From the NCBI GenBank assembly GCA_050290865.1, contig JBNKIW010000004.1, positions 147,916 through 211,915 of the forward strand: 64,000 bases of DNA, given 5' to 3'. Origin of the DNA: Rhodomicrobiaceae bacterium. Its GTDB lineage: Bacteria > Pseudomonadota > Alphaproteobacteria > Rhizobiales > Rhodomicrobiaceae. Position numbers and translations under genes: made by a program. Each line of letters opens with the position of its first letter. The stretch's first letter is position 1. Shown here piece by piece: positions 50,865 through 61,229 of this stretch. The notes beneath the pieces were generated by a model. The model was not told the DNA's origin, searched no databases, and worked only from the letters and a program-made list of their open reading frames with translations.

Positions 50865-52361
50865 TCATCGCACCTTCCGCCTGCGGAGCACAATGGCACG
50901 CGCCGGGCGGTTTGGTACAACCTGTGGCAGTGTGCCGGGCAGCCCGATCGGCGCGGGCGCCTCGCCCTTCAGTGTTCCCGCTGCGCGGGCAGTCTTGGGA
51001 CGCGGCGAACGGATGGGTGGGTGAAGCCGCAAGAGTTTGTCTGTACACGTAGAAATTGACTGCGGTGCCTCTTCCGCCCCTTTGCCGCCGGCGAACCGGC
51101 GGAACAGGCGGCGCAGCGCACCGGCGCCGCGGACATCATGCCGATATATGAATTTGGTGATTTCCGGCACGATGTCGGCCTTGTAGCGCGAGCCGTTGAA
51201 GATACCGTAATGACCGACTTTTGGTTGCACGTGATGCTTCCTCATGCCGCGGGGCAGATTGCGGCAAAGCGTATGTGCGGCTTCGCATTGGCCCAGCCCG
51301 GTGATGTCGTCCTTCTCGCCTTCGACGGTCATCAGCGCCACGCGCCGCACCGCGCCCGGATCGACGGGGACGCCCCGGTAGGTCATCCTTCCCTCCGGCA
51401 GAGCATGCCGCACGAACACGGCATCGACGGTTTGCAGGTAATAATCGGCGGGCAGGTCCATCACGGCGAGATATTCATCGTAGAACTCGCGATGTTTTTC
51501 GGCGGAGTCGCCATCTCCCTGGACAAGATTGAAGAACAGTTCCTTGTGCGCGTTGAGATGTCGGTCGAGATTCATCGACATGAACCCCGTCAATTGCAGA
51601 AATCCCGGATAGACGCGCCGCCCATGCCCCGTATGGGGCCAGGGAACCGTCGTAATGACATTGCGGCGGAACCAGTCCGTGCCTTTGCTCTTGGCCAGTT
51701 CGTTGACGGCGGTGGGGCTGAGCCTCGTATCGACCGGCCCGCCCATCAGCGTCATACTGCGCGGCGCGTGCGGATCGCGCCCAGCCTCCATGTGCGACAC
51801 GGCGACGAGCACCGGAACGGACGGCTGGCAGACCGCCATAACATGCACGTCGCCCTTGAACAGGCGAATCATCTCGATGACGTCGTCGACGTAATCCTCG
51901 AGCCCGAACGCACCCTCGGCCGCAGGCACGGTGCGCACATCCGTCCAGTCGGTGATGTAGACTTCGTGAAAAGGGAGCAGGCCCTCCACCGTCCCGCGCA
52001 AAAGCGTGGCGAAATGGCCTGAGAGCGGTGCCACGACCAGCACGCGCGAGCTCTTCGCGATCTCCTTTTCCGGCAGGTCGCGGCGGAAATGCAGGAGGCG
52101 GCAGAACGGCTTCTGCCAGACGCACATTTCCTGCACGCCGACGCTGCGGCCGTTCACCTGGGCCGAAAAGACCCCGAATTGCGGTTTTTCGTAGCGGCGC
52201 GTGCTACGCTCGACCAGTTCGGCCGCCGCAGCGGTGCCCCGGCCCATGCTGGTGTTGGAAAGCGGATTCAGCGGGTTACGGAACAGGAATTTCGCACCAT
52301 CGGCAGCAGCACGCGCGGGCGTGAGCGCCGCATGAGCCAGTTCGTACATATGGTAAAGCAC
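50865..52361 (-). CDS. phaZ: Intracellular poly(3-hydroxybutyrate) depolymerase PhaZ
   Basis: N-terminus (V)LYHMYELAHAALTPARAAADGAKFLFRNPLNPL and the overall sequence match the PHB depolymerase (PhaZ1, R. eutropha type) family. Start is GTG 52361 or ATG 52349; the ORF-table start 52520 is likely an extension. Carries a ~80-aa basic C-terminal tail. Confidence 0.7.
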   Translation of the reverse strand: MLYHMYELAHAALTPARAAADGAKFLFRNPLNPLSNTSMGRGTAAAAELVERSTRRYEKPQFGVFSAQVNGRSVGVQEMCVWQKPFCRLLHFRRDLPEKEIAKSSRVLVVAPLSGHFATLLRGTVEGLLPFHEVYITDWTDVRTVPAAEGAFGLEDYVDDVIEMIRLFKGDVHVMAVCQPSVPVLVAVSHMEAGRDPHAPRSMTLMGGPVDTRLSPTAVNELAKSKGTDWFRRNVITTVPWPHTGHGRRVYPGFLQLTGFMSMNLDRHLNAHKELFFNLVQGDGDSAEKHREFYDEYLAVMDLPADYYLQTVDAVFVRHALPEGRMTYRGVPVDPGAVRRVALMTVEGEKDDITGLGQCEAAHTLCRNLPRGMRKHHVQPKVGHYGIFNGSRYKADIVPEITKFIYRHDVRGAGALRRLFRRFAGGKGAEEAPQSISTCTDKLLRLHPPIRSPRPKTARAAGTLKGEAPAPIGLPGTLPQVVPNRPARAIVLRRRKVR

Positions 52362-52650
52362 GGATACCGTCCCCAATTGCGAAAAAGGCACGCATTTTAC
52401 CATACGCCTGCCCGCTGGCGACGGGGGTTGTGCTGCAATGCAACAAGAATTGTCGTTTTGGGACGCAATGTGGCACGTTTTCAACTGTATGTGGCTTATT
52501 GGCAACGGAATAGTTTCCATGCGCTGGCGCGAACGCGCCGCCTCCCTCTTCGTTTGTTAACCAATATTCTTTATGCTGTATGTCGGACAGGACAGCTCGA
52601 TCCGAATTCGCATCCGGGCAGCCCGGAAACGTAACGCTTGGGAGTGGAAG

Positions 52651-54486
52651 ATGGCTGGTTTGGTAATGGGGCTGATCGCGGGGCTGCTGGTTGCACTCGT
52701 GGTGCCGCCGCTCATCCCGGAAAAACATCAGAATGCGGTGACCCGCGTCCTCGTGCGTGCCGTCGGCGTGCTGATCGTCATATTCGCCATCGCGTCAACC
52801 TCTTATGTGCATGTCCCGGATGGCTATTCCGCGCATCTGTTCCGCGTTTACGCCGGCGGCTCGCTGCCCCAGGGACGGATCATAGCAGTCAATGGCGAGA
52901 ACGGCCCGCAGGCACGCATTCTGACCCCCGGTCTGCATATGGAGCCGCTGATCAACGTGCTCTACGACGTCGATGTCTCGAAGCCGGAAATCGCCATTCC
53001 TCAGGGCAAGGTGGGCATTCTCACCGCGCGGGACGGTGCCGCCCTACGGTCGGGCCAGGCTTTCGGCGATCCCTTCTCCAAGGATCTCGGCAACAACATG
53101 CTCGACGCCGAGGTGTTCCTGAAAAACGGCGGGCAGCGCGGGCCGCAGACGAGCGTCCTCACGCCGGGCCGCTACCGCCTGAACCGCTATCTGTGGGATG
53201 TGGATGTCGTGGACGCGGTGGAGGTCCCGGCCGGTTTTGTCGGCGTGGTGAAATCGAACGTACACGCCGCCGTCGATTTCGGGACGCTGAAGGCCGACAA
53301 GCCGGAGAACTGCGATCCGATCCTCAGTGCTGCGGAGGCGAAAAGCGAACAGCACATCGAAGCGCCAATCGTGCCGGTCGGCTGCATCGGCGTGTGGCAA
53401 AAGGCGCTGCAGCCGGGCAAATATTATCTGAACGCCACTGCTTTCAAGATCATCGACGTCGATACGCGCGCACAGGTCTGGATCTATGCCGGTGGCTACA
53501 CGAGGGCACAGATCGCGCTGACCGTGGACGCGAAGGGCGATATCGTCCAGCAGCGCACGGAAACGGAGGTGCCGGTCGATGAGGACAACGCCGACCAGGC
53601 CGTCTTTCTGAAGATGGAAGGCTGGGACGTGCCGCTGGAACTGCGCGTCGTCGCCCAGGTCGCGCCCGGTGACGCAGCCTGCGTGATTGCGGGCGTCGGC
53701 TCGCTCAAACAGGTAGAAGACCGCGTACTGACGCCGTCCATCCGCGCCATTACCCGTGACGTCGCCGGTGGCACTTACGAGGTGACGGAGCCCAAGCTCG
53801 ATGAAAGCGGCAAGCCTGTTCTCGACGAGGACGGCAAGCCGGTGATCATCACCGTGCACCGGCCGACCAAGGCGCTCGACCTCATCTATCAGCGCCCGCT
53901 CATCGAATCCGAGATCGAGCGGCGTATCCGGCCTGAGGCGCGTAAATCCTGCGTGACCATCCGCGAAGTGCGGCTCGGCGAACCGGCCATTCCGCCGGAA
54001 CTCCTCGTCGCCGTACGCCGCGAGCAGCTCGCGACGCAGCTCACCAAGGCGTTCCAGCAGGAGCAGGCCGCACAGGCGCAGCGCGTGGCATCGGAGAAGG
54101 CGAAAGCCACCGCCGACCAGCAGGCGCAGCTCGTGAAGGCCGAAATCGAGGTACAGCGCTCGGTGCAACTCGCCGAGGCGGCGCGCAATTCCGGTATCGG
54201 CGAGCGCGACAAGCTTGCAGCCATCGCCGAAGGCCAGAAGAAGCAGATGGAGGTGCTGGGCCTGGACGCGACGGTGAAACTGCGGCAGTTCGAACTGGCG
54301 CTGGGTTTCGCCGAGAAGCATCCGGATGTGATCGCGGCCATGTTCAACAACGCGCACAAATTCGTGCCGCAGGTCACGGTGGGAAGCGGTGGCGACGGCG
54401 TCTCGGGCCTCCTGTCGGCACTCATCGGCGAATATGTGCAGCGCAACACGGCAGGGGAGGGCGCGCCCGCGAAACCGAAGCAGTGA
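52651..54486 (+). CDS. Flotillin-like SPFH/band-7 domain membrane protein (YqiK-like)
   Basis: N-terminal TM MAGLVMGLIAGLLVALVVPPLI, an SPFH domain, then a long Ala/Gln/Glu-rich coiled-coil. 611 aa. SD GGGAGTGGAAG. Confidence 0.65.
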   Translation: MAGLVMGLIAGLLVALVVPPLIPEKHQNAVTRVLVRAVGVLIVIFAIASTSYVHVPDGYSAHLFRVYAGGSLPQGRIIAVNGENGPQARILTPGLHMEPLINVLYDVDVSKPEIAIPQGKVGILTARDGAALRSGQAFGDPFSKDLGNNMLDAEVFLKNGGQRGPQTSVLTPGRYRLNRYLWDVDVVDAVEVPAGFVGVVKSNVHAAVDFGTLKADKPENCDPILSAAEAKSEQHIEAPIVPVGCIGVWQKALQPGKYYLNATAFKIIDVDTRAQVWIYAGGYTRAQIALTVDAKGDIVQQRTETEVPVDEDNADQAVFLKMEGWDVPLELRVVAQVAPGDAACVIAGVGSLKQVEDRVLTPSIRAITRDVAGGTYEVTEPKLDESGKPVLDEDGKPVIITVHRPTKALDLIYQRPLIESEIERRIRPEARKSCVTIREVRLGEPAIPPELLVAVRREQLATQLTKAFQQEQAAQAQRVASEKAKATADQQAQLVKAEIEVQRSVQLAEAARNSGIGERDKLAAIAEGQKKQMEVLGLDATVKLRQFELALGFAEKHPDVIAAMFNNAHKFVPQVTVGSGGDGVSGLLSALIGEYVQRNTAGEGAPAKPKQ

Positions 54487-54574
54487 TCGCGGCGCCGGCG
54501 CTTCCACTCTTTGACAATGACGGGCCCGCTGCGACCGGCGGGCTCGCAGGCCATGCCTTCTTCCCGGCTCAGTA

Positions 54575-55354
54575 TCAGCCGTGTGGGAAGACCGGCTTCC
54601 TCTTCTCCAGGAACGCGGTCACGCCCTCGGCGAAATCGGCGGTGCTGAAGGCCGTGGCCTGAGCCAGCGCCTCGTGCTCCAGAAATTCCGCGAGCGAACT
54701 CGTGAACGCCCGGTTCACCAGTTCTTTCGTCAGGCTGAGCGATACCGGCCCCTCCGCAAGCTGATGCGCCAGCTTGAGGACCTCGGCCAGGAGCGCCTCG
54801 TCCGCCACGACGCGGCTCACCAGCCCCATCGCTTCCGCGTCACGGGCCGTCAGGCCCCGGTTGGTCATGAGAACGTCCTTCGCCCGCGCCGCGCCCAGCG
54901 CTCGCGTGAGCGTGAAGGCAAGCCCCAAGTCCGGCGCCGCGCCGATCGCCGGAAAACCGGCGCGGAAGGTGGCGCTTTCGCCCGCCAGGATGATGTCGCC
55001 CATCAGCGCCAGCGAGAAACCCGCTCCCGCCGCCACGCCGTTGACCGCCGTGACCACCGGCTTCTCGCCTGTCATCAGCGGATAGGCCCAGGAATAGCTG
55101 TGGCGCATGCGCTTGAGGACGGCGTCCGGTTCGCGGCTGTTCATGGCCCTGATGTCGCCGCCGGAACAGAAGGCGCCGCCGGTCCCCGTGATCACGATGC
55201 AGCCGACGCCCGCGTCGCCGGTCACCTCCGGCACGAACTGCGCCATGGCCGCCTTGATTTCGGGCCCGAGCGCGTTGCGGCGGGCGGGCTGATTGAGCCG
55301 CAGAATGGCGACGCGATCTTCGCGTTCCAGAATGACGGGTTCCATGGGCGTCAC
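54575..55354 (-). CDS. Enoyl-CoA hydratase/isomerase (crotonase) family protein
   Basis: Crotonase fold with oxyanion-hole motifs (GAFCSGGDI, VAAGAGFSLALMGD). 259 aa. Start GTG 55354 or ATG 55346. Confidence 0.8.
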   Translation of the reverse strand: MTPMEPVILEREDRVAILRLNQPARRNALGPEIKAAMAQFVPEVTGDAGVGCIVITGTGGAFCSGGDIRAMNSREPDAVLKRMRHSYSWAYPLMTGEKPVVTAVNGVAAGAGFSLALMGDIILAGESATFRAGFPAIGAAPDLGLAFTLTRALGAARAKDVLMTNRGLTARDAEAMGLVSRVVADEALLAEVLKLAHQLAEGPVSLSLTKELVNRAFTSSLAEFLEHEALAQATAFSTADFAEGVTAFLEKRKPVFPHG

Positions 55355-55366
55355 CTTCGATCGGCG

Positions 55367-56332
55367 TCAGAGCCGCCGCAGCCACACCGATTCGGTCGTG
55401 TGATCGGCGCCCTTGTTGAGGATGAGGTCGGCGCGCTGGCGGGTGGGCAGGATGTTTTCCTCCAGATTGCGCAGGTTGATGCGTCGCCAGATGCCGAGCG
55501 CGGTCTCGCGCGCCCCCGCCTCGGAGAGATGCGAATAACGGTGGAAATAGGCGTCTGGGTGGCTGAAGCCGGTCTTGCACAGCGTCAGGAAGCGCGTGAC
55601 GTACCATTCCTCGATGATCCGCGGGTCGGCATGGATGTAGATCGAGAAATCGAAGAAATCCGACACGAAGGGAATCGCCGTGCCGTCTTTCGGCAGCGTG
55701 GCGGGCTGAAGGACGTTCAGACCCTCGACGATCAGGATGTCGGGGCGGTCGACGACGATGTGCTCATCCGCCCGGATGTCGTAGTCGAAATGCGAATAGA
55801 CGGGCGCCCGCACATTGGGACGGCCCGCTTTCACATCGAACATGAACTGCAGCAGCGCCTCCTGATCGAAGCTTTCCGGGAAGCCCTTGCGGTGCATGAT
55901 GCCGCGCTTTTCCAGCTCCGCGTTGGGCAGAAGAAAGCCGTCGGTTGGCACGAGATCGACGCGCGGATGGTTCGGCCAGCGTGCGAGAAGCGCGCGCAGG
56001 ACGCGGGCGGAGGTGCTTTTACCGGCGGCGACGCTCCCCGCCATGCCGATGATGAACGGAGATTTGCTATCGGTCTTGCGTAGGAAGCCTGATGTCTCTG
56101 CGTGAAGATGCTGCGAGGCGGCGACGTAGAAATTGAGCACGCGCGACATCGGCAGATAGATGTCCGTGACTTCGTCGACCGACATCCGTTCGATGACGCC
56201 GGAGAGGTTGGCCACCTCCTCCTCGGTCAGCGGCATCGGCGTATCGGCACGGCGTTTCGCCCATTCCTCGCGTGTGAATGTGCGGTAGGGATTGAACTCG
56301 ATCCGGGACCGTTTTGGCAGCCTTTCCAGCAT
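55367..56332 (-). CDS. coaA: Type I pantothenate kinase
   Basis: P-loop [12 protein letters not shown]. Full-length CoaA similarity (321 aa). Confidence 0.9.
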   Translation of the reverse strand: MLERLPKRSRIEFNPYRTFTREEWAKRRADTPMPLTEEEVANLSGVIERMSVDEVTDIYLPMSRVLNFYVAASQHLHAETSGFLRKTDSKSPFIIGMAGSVAAGKSTSARVLRALLARWPNHPRVDLVPTDGFLLPNAELEKRGIMHRKGFPESFDQEALLQFMFDVKAGRPNVRAPVYSHFDYDIRADEHIVVDRPDILIVEGLNVLQPATLPKDGTAIPFVSDFFDFSIYIHADPRIIEEWYVTRFLTLCKTGFSHPDAYFHRYSHLSEAGARETALGIWRRINLRNLEENILPTRQRADLILNKGADHTTESVWLRRL

Positions 56333-56334
56333 GG

Positions 56335-56664
56335 TCAGCCTTGTTGTTTCGGCCGTGCGGCTTTCTCGGCGAGCCCCGACTGGCTCATCCGCGCTTCGAG
56401 AATGCCGAGAACATCATTCAACGTCACCCCCCGCGATTCAAGCAGGACTAACAGATGATACATAAGGTCCGCCGCCTCCGATGCCAGCGCCTCATCGCTC
56501 TCCCCGAGCGCCGCGATGACCGTTTCCACGGCCTCCTCGCCCAGCTTCTTCGCGCATTTGCCCGCACCGGCGTCGAGAAGCTGGCGCGTGTAGGAGCTGT
56601 CGGCCGGAGCCGTGCGGCGCGCCGCGATGGTCGCTGCAAGCCGCGTCAGTGTATCTCCGCTCAT
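56335..56664 (-). CDS. hisE: Phosphoribosyl-ATP pyrophosphatase
   Basis: MazG-like HisE motif [14 protein letters not shown]...[13 protein letters not shown]. About 110 aa. Confidence 0.85.
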   Translation of the reverse strand: MSGDTLTRLAATIAARRTAPADSSYTRQLLDAGAGKCAKKLGEEAVETVIAALGESDEALASEAADLMYHLLVLLESRGVTLNDVLGILEARMSQSGLAEKAARPKQQG

Positions 56665-56833
56665 ATGCACCTTACCTTACGGTTTTGTCACGTTTTTTAG
56701 CCATACCGCGATCTCTGGGTCTGCCGCAACAGAGCCGGGCGTGATCGACGCGCGCAGGGATTGTAACCAAAGTGTGACAAGGTTCGCAGCACATATTCCG
56801 GACCGGGCACCCGTATTTTACATGCGATCCCGT

Positions 56834-57508
56834 TCAAGCGCGGCTGCCGAAAACCGCTGATCCGACACGGACATGGGTCGCGCCGAAGCGGATGGCGGTC
56901 TCGAAGTCCGCGCTCATCCCCATGCTGAGGCCGGAAACCTTCGCCTCGCGGCCAAGCCGCGCGAGAACCCGGAAATGCGGTGCCGGGTCGTCATCGAAAG
57001 GGGGGATGCACATGAGCCCTTCGATGGCCAGACCGAGCGCGTCGCGGCAGTGGCGGACGAACGCCACGGCCTCCGTGGGCGCAATACCCGCCTTTTGCGG
57101 CTCCGCGCCGGTGTTTACCTGGATGAAGAGCCGCGGACGGCGCCTGCTGCGCGCCATTTCGGCGGCCAGCGCCTCGGCGATTTTCGGACGGTCCACCGTC
57201 TCGATGACATCGAAAAGCGCCACCGCCTCGCGCGCCTTGTTGGACTGCAGCGGGCCGATGAGATGCAATTCGATGCCGGGATGGCGCTCGCGCAACTCCG
57301 GCCATTTGGCCTTCGCTTCCTGCACACGGTTCTCACCGAAGACGCGGTGGCCCGCTTCCAGCACGGGCATGATCTCGGCCGCCCCGAACGTTTTCGATAC
57401 CACGACCAGCGTAATCTCCGCCGCAGACCGTCCGCTTGCCGCCGCTGCCGAGGTGATCCGCGCCCGCACCTCCTCCAATCTTTCCACCGCACCCGTGGCG
57501 TTTTGCAT
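56834..57508 (-). CDS. yggS: YggS-family pyridoxal-phosphate homeostasis protein
   Basis: PLP-binding Lys context (TLVVVSKTF) and a TIM-barrel alanine-racemase N-domain fold. 224 aa. Confidence 0.85.
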   Translation of the reverse strand: MQNATGAVERLEEVRARITSAAAASGRSAAEITLVVVSKTFGAAEIMPVLEAGHRVFGENRVQEAKAKWPELRERHPGIELHLIGPLQSNKAREAVALFDVIETVDRPKIAEALAAEMARSRRRPRLFIQVNTGAEPQKAGIAPTEAVAFVRHCRDALGLAIEGLMCIPPFDDDPAPHFRVLARLGREAKVSGLSMGMSADFETAIRFGATHVRVGSAVFGSRA

Positions 57509-57680
57509 GCATACCTCACAAAATCGAGAGAATATCCGCTACTGCGGCTCAAGCGCCGCTTGACCGCGCACACGTTTTTCGGCTGGATACGCGCACGAAT
57601 GAACGGGCGCACGATTTGCGCTTAGACAACCGTCCGCAGCCAGCCAGCGTGCTGCCGGACATGAAACGCGAAACACAGCC

Positions 57681-60293
57681 ATGGCCGCCGCAGACAGATA
57701 TAACGCACCGGAACGTGAAAAGCATTGGCAGAAGGTGTGGAACGACGCCGGGATCTATCGGACCGAAGAGGACCCCGCGCGTCCGAAATACTACGTGCTG
57801 GAGATGTTCCCATACCCTTCGGGGCGCATCCACGCGGGTCACGTGCGCAACTACACCATGGGTGACGTCGTGGCCCGCTACCGGCGCGCACGCGGCTTCA
57901 ACGTGCTGCACCCGATGGGGTGGGATGCCTTCGGCATGCCCGCTGAAAACGCCGCCATGGAGCGCAAGGTTCATCCGAAAAAGTGGACCTACGACAATAT
58001 CGCCGCGATGCGCGCCCAGCTACAGGCCATGGGCCTGTCGCTGGACTGGAGCCGCGAGGTCGCGACCTGCGACGTGGAATATTACCACCAGCAGCAGAGC
58101 CTGTTCCTGGACTTCCTCGAGGCTGGCTTGGTCTACCGCAAGAAAAGCAAGGTCAACTGGGATCCGGTCGATCACACCGTGCTGGCCAACGAGCAGGTGA
58201 TCGACGGGCGCGGCTGGCGTTCGGGCGCGCTGGTGGAGCAGCGTGAGCTGAGCCAGTGGTTCCTGAAGATCACCGCCTGTTCCGACGACCTGCTGGCCGC
58301 GCTCGACACGCTGGACCGCTGGCCGGATAAGGTGCGCATCATGCAGCGCAACTGGATCGGCAAGTCCGAAGGTCTGCTGATGCAGTTCGTGCTGGAAGGC
58401 GAGGCGCTGCCCGCGAAGCACAAGACTCTGGAAGTGTTCACGACGCGCCCGGACACGATTTTCGGCGCCTCCTTCTGCGCGATTTCGCCGGACCATCCGC
58501 TGGCCACAGCCTTGGCGAAAAAGAATAAGGATTTGAAGAGCTTCATCGCTGAGTGCCACCGCCTGGGCACCAGCGAGGAGGAGATCGAACGCGCGGAGAA
58601 GAAGGGCTTCGACACCGGGCTGAAGGCCGTGCATCCGTTCCGCAAGACGACGAAACTGCCGGTCTATGTCGCCAATTTCATCCTGATGGACTATGGCACC
58701 GGCGCCATTTTCGGTTGTCCGGCGCATGACCAGCGCGACCTGGATTTCGCCCGCAAATACAAGCTGAAGGTGAAGCCCGTCGTGATCCCGGAAGGTGAAG
58801 ACCCGAAGGTCTTCGAGGTCGGCGCCGAGGCGTACACGGGGCCGGGCCGCATTGCCAATTCCAGCTTCCTCGACGGCAGGACGGTGGACGACGCCAAGAA
58901 TGAGATCGCCGAACGGCTGGAGGCGCGCGGCGAGGGCGAGCGCAAGGTCAACTATCGCCTGCGCGACTGGGGCATCTCGCGGCAGCGCTATTGGGGCTGC
59001 CCGATCCCGATCATCCATTGCGAGACATGCGGCGCCGTGCCGGTGCCGAAGAAGAGCCTGCCGGTGAAGCTGCCGGAGAACGTGGCGTTCGACGTGCCCG
59101 GCAACCCGCTCGACCGCCATCCGAAATGGAAGCATGTGAAGTGCCCGAAATGCGGTGCGCCCGCGACACGCGAAACGGACACGATGGATACTTTCGTCGA
59201 CTCCTCGTGGTATTTCGCACGGTTCTGCGCGCCGCACGCCAAGGTGCCGGTGGTCCGCGAGGCCATCGACTACTGGCTGCCGGTCGATCAGTATATCGGC
59301 GGCGTCGAGCACGCCATTCTGCACCTGCTCTATTCGCGCTTCTTCATGCGCGCGCTGACCGCGGCCGGCCATGCCGACCTCGCCGAACCCTTCGCCGGTC
59401 TGTTCACGCAGGGCATGGTCACGCATGAGACGTATAAAGACGCCGATGGCCACTGGGTCAGCCCCGATATGGTGCGGATCGAGGACCGTGGCGGAAAGCG
59501 CTGCGCTTTCCACGTTGAAACCGATGCGGCGCTCGAAATCGGTGCGACCGAGAAGATGTCGAAGTCGAAGAAGAACACCGTCGACCCCGACACCATCATC
59601 GCCCACTACGGCGCAGACGCGACGCGCTGGTTCGTGCTGTCCGACTCGCCGCCCGAGCGCGACGTAGCCTGGACGGACGATGGATTGCAGGGAGCGTGGC
59701 GTCTCTCGCAAAGATTGTGGCGTATGCTCGACGAGGCTGCAAGGCGCGGTGCCAAGAAGAGTGCCAAACGCCCGGCGCAGTTCAGCGAAGCCGCCACGGA
59801 CCTGCGCCGCGCCGCACATCGCCTAGTGAGCGGCGTTAATCATAATCTGGAAACTCTGCGCTTCAATACGGCGATCGCCGCCATCTACGGCTTTGCAAAT
59901 AAATTCGAATCCGCGCTGCAAGGACAAAAATCCGCCAAAGATGCCAGCCTTGATTGGGCGGTGCGGGAAGCTGCGGAATTGCTCGTGCACTGCTTTGCGC
60001 CAATGATGCCGCATTTGGGCGAAGAGTGCTGGGCGCGGCTCGGCTACAACAGTCTCTTGGCAAAACAGCCGTGGCCGGAGGCCGAAAAGTCACTCCTCGT
60101 TGACGATACGGTGACCATTGCCGTACAGGTAAATGGTAAGAGGCGAGACGAGCTGACCGTTCCGCGGGATGCGGCGCAGTCTGAAGTGGAGGCTGCGGTG
60201 CTCAAACTCGACGGCGTGAGGCGTGCCATCGAAGGTCGTGCAGTCAAGAAGATCATCGTGGTGCCGCAGAGGATCGTCAATGTCGTTGCCTAA
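57681..60293 (+). CDS. leuS: Leucyl-tRNA synthetase
   Basis: HIGH motif ([15 protein letters not shown]), KMSKS motif (EKMSKSKKN), CP1 editing domain. 870 aa. Confidence 0.95.
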   Translation: MAAADRYNAPEREKHWQKVWNDAGIYRTEEDPARPKYYVLEMFPYPSGRIHAGHVRNYTMGDVVARYRRARGFNVLHPMGWDAFGMPAENAAMERKVHPKKWTYDNIAAMRAQLQAMGLSLDWSREVATCDVEYYHQQQSLFLDFLEAGLVYRKKSKVNWDPVDHTVLANEQVIDGRGWRSGALVEQRELSQWFLKITACSDDLLAALDTLDRWPDKVRIMQRNWIGKSEGLLMQFVLEGEALPAKHKTLEVFTTRPDTIFGASFCAISPDHPLATALAKKNKDLKSFIAECHRLGTSEEEIERAEKKGFDTGLKAVHPFRKTTKLPVYVANFILMDYGTGAIFGCPAHDQRDLDFARKYKLKVKPVVIPEGEDPKVFEVGAEAYTGPGRIANSSFLDGRTVDDAKNEIAERLEARGEGERKVNYRLRDWGISRQRYWGCPIPIIHCETCGAVPVPKKSLPVKLPENVAFDVPGNPLDRHPKWKHVKCPKCGAPATRETDTMDTFVDSSWYFARFCAPHAKVPVVREAIDYWLPVDQYIGGVEHAILHLLYSRFFMRALTAAGHADLAEPFAGLFTQGMVTHETYKDADGHWVSPDMVRIEDRGGKRCAFHVETDAALEIGATEKMSKSKKNTVDPDTIIAHYGADATRWFVLSDSPPERDVAWTDDGLQGAWRLSQRLWRMLDEAARRGAKKSAKRPAQFSEAATDLRRAAHRLVSGVNHNLETLRFNTAIAAIYGFANKFESALQGQKSAKDASLDWAVREAAELLVHCFAPMMPHLGEECWARLGYNSLLAKQPWPEAEKSLLVDDTVTIAVQVNGKRRDELTVPRDAAQSEVEAAVLKLDGVRRAIEGRAVKKIIVVPQRIVNVVA

Positions 60294-60304
60294 GGGGATT
60301 TGAA

Positions 60305-60832
60305 GTGGGGGCAATCGCAAAATCGTTCAAGTTCGCCATCGCTGGCGGCCTTCTAGCAGCGTCCGCGGTGCTGAGCACAGGCTGCGGCTGGCAACCCCTG
60401 TACGGCCCGACGGCGAGCGGCGCCGAACTGGGCGACGTCATGCGGACGGTGAACATCACCACCATACCCGGCCGCGTCGGGCAGCGGGTCCGCAACGAGT
60501 TGGTTTACAAGACGACAGGCGGCGGGGAGTCCGGCGAAAGCAAGTACCGTCTGGATGTCGCCATCCGCGAGTCGGTCGTGAACACGTTTGCGACCCATAC
60601 CGGCGCCACCGAAGGCCAGATCTTTCAGCTTTACAGCGAGTTCAGGCTGGTCCGCATCGCGGATAACAAGGTGGTCATGAAGGGGCACAGCAACGCGCGG
60701 GCCGCCTATGACAAGCTGCAGTCGGTCTTTGCCAATCTGCGCGCCCGGCGCGACGCTGAGAACCGCGCCGCAAACACGACCGCAGAGACGATCCGCACGC
60801 GGCTTGCAGCCTATTTCTCGGCCAACGCCTGA
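60305..60832 (+). CDS. lptE: LPS-assembly lipoprotein LptE
   Basis: Lipobox LSTGC. Conserved position immediately downstream of leuS. 175 aa. GTG start. Confidence 0.7.
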   Translation: MGAIAKSFKFAIAGGLLAASAVLSTGCGWQPLYGPTASGAELGDVMRTVNITTIPGRVGQRVRNELVYKTTGGGESGESKYRLDVAIRESVVNTFATHTGATEGQIFQLYSEFRLVRIADNKVVMKGHSNARAAYDKLQSVFANLRARRDAENRAANTTAETIRTRLAAYFSANA

Positions 60833-61177
60833 AACGATACGGCGTTCGGCGGTGGAATCGGCATTTGACCGGCGTCGTCGGTTCTGCTGTGGTCGAGCAT
60901 TGCGACCACTGTCGGTCCGCCCTCCGCAGGGATTTGCGGAACGTCGCCTGTGAGAGGCGCGATGACTTCCTCGACATCAATGAGCGCGGCACCAGGACCG
61001 CGGTCAATCCATTGACAGCGCATATCGAGCCGTTCGGCGGCGCGCGGCAGGTGCTGCCGATGCACGGAAATATGTGGCGACACCGCCACAATTGATCCAA
61101 TCTCCGGACGTCCCCCCGTACGATCAGTTCTGTCGTTTCTGGGGGTCAGCTAAGTTCTTGATTTTTCGGGGGATGGA

Positions 61178-61227
61178 TGGAGGCGACGCCCGGAATTGAA
61201 CCGGGGTACACGGTTTTGCAGACCGTT
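61178..61227 (-). other. 3' fragment (~50 nt: anticodon arm through CCA) of tRNA-Cys(GCA). Putative attachment-site core (attR-type junction) of an integrated element
   Basis: Minus-strand sequence AACGGTCTGCAAAACCGT-GTAC-CCCGG-TTCAATT-CCGGG-CGTCGCC-T-CCA has a perfect anticodon stem/loop (anticodon GCA), T-arm, 3' acceptor strand and CCA. The 5' side cannot form an acceptor or D stem, so the tRNA is incomplete. Located 3 nt after the integrase stop codon. Confidence 0.7.
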
Positions 61228-61229
61228 GC

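Noticed and set aside
60811-61095. Small ORFs (76 aa plus-strand, 92 aa minus-strand) between lptE and the att site
   Set aside because: Both frames show similar GC3, with no RBS, no recognisable motif and mutual overlap. Cannot support either as a gene; possibly remnant holA-region sequence disrupted by the insertion.
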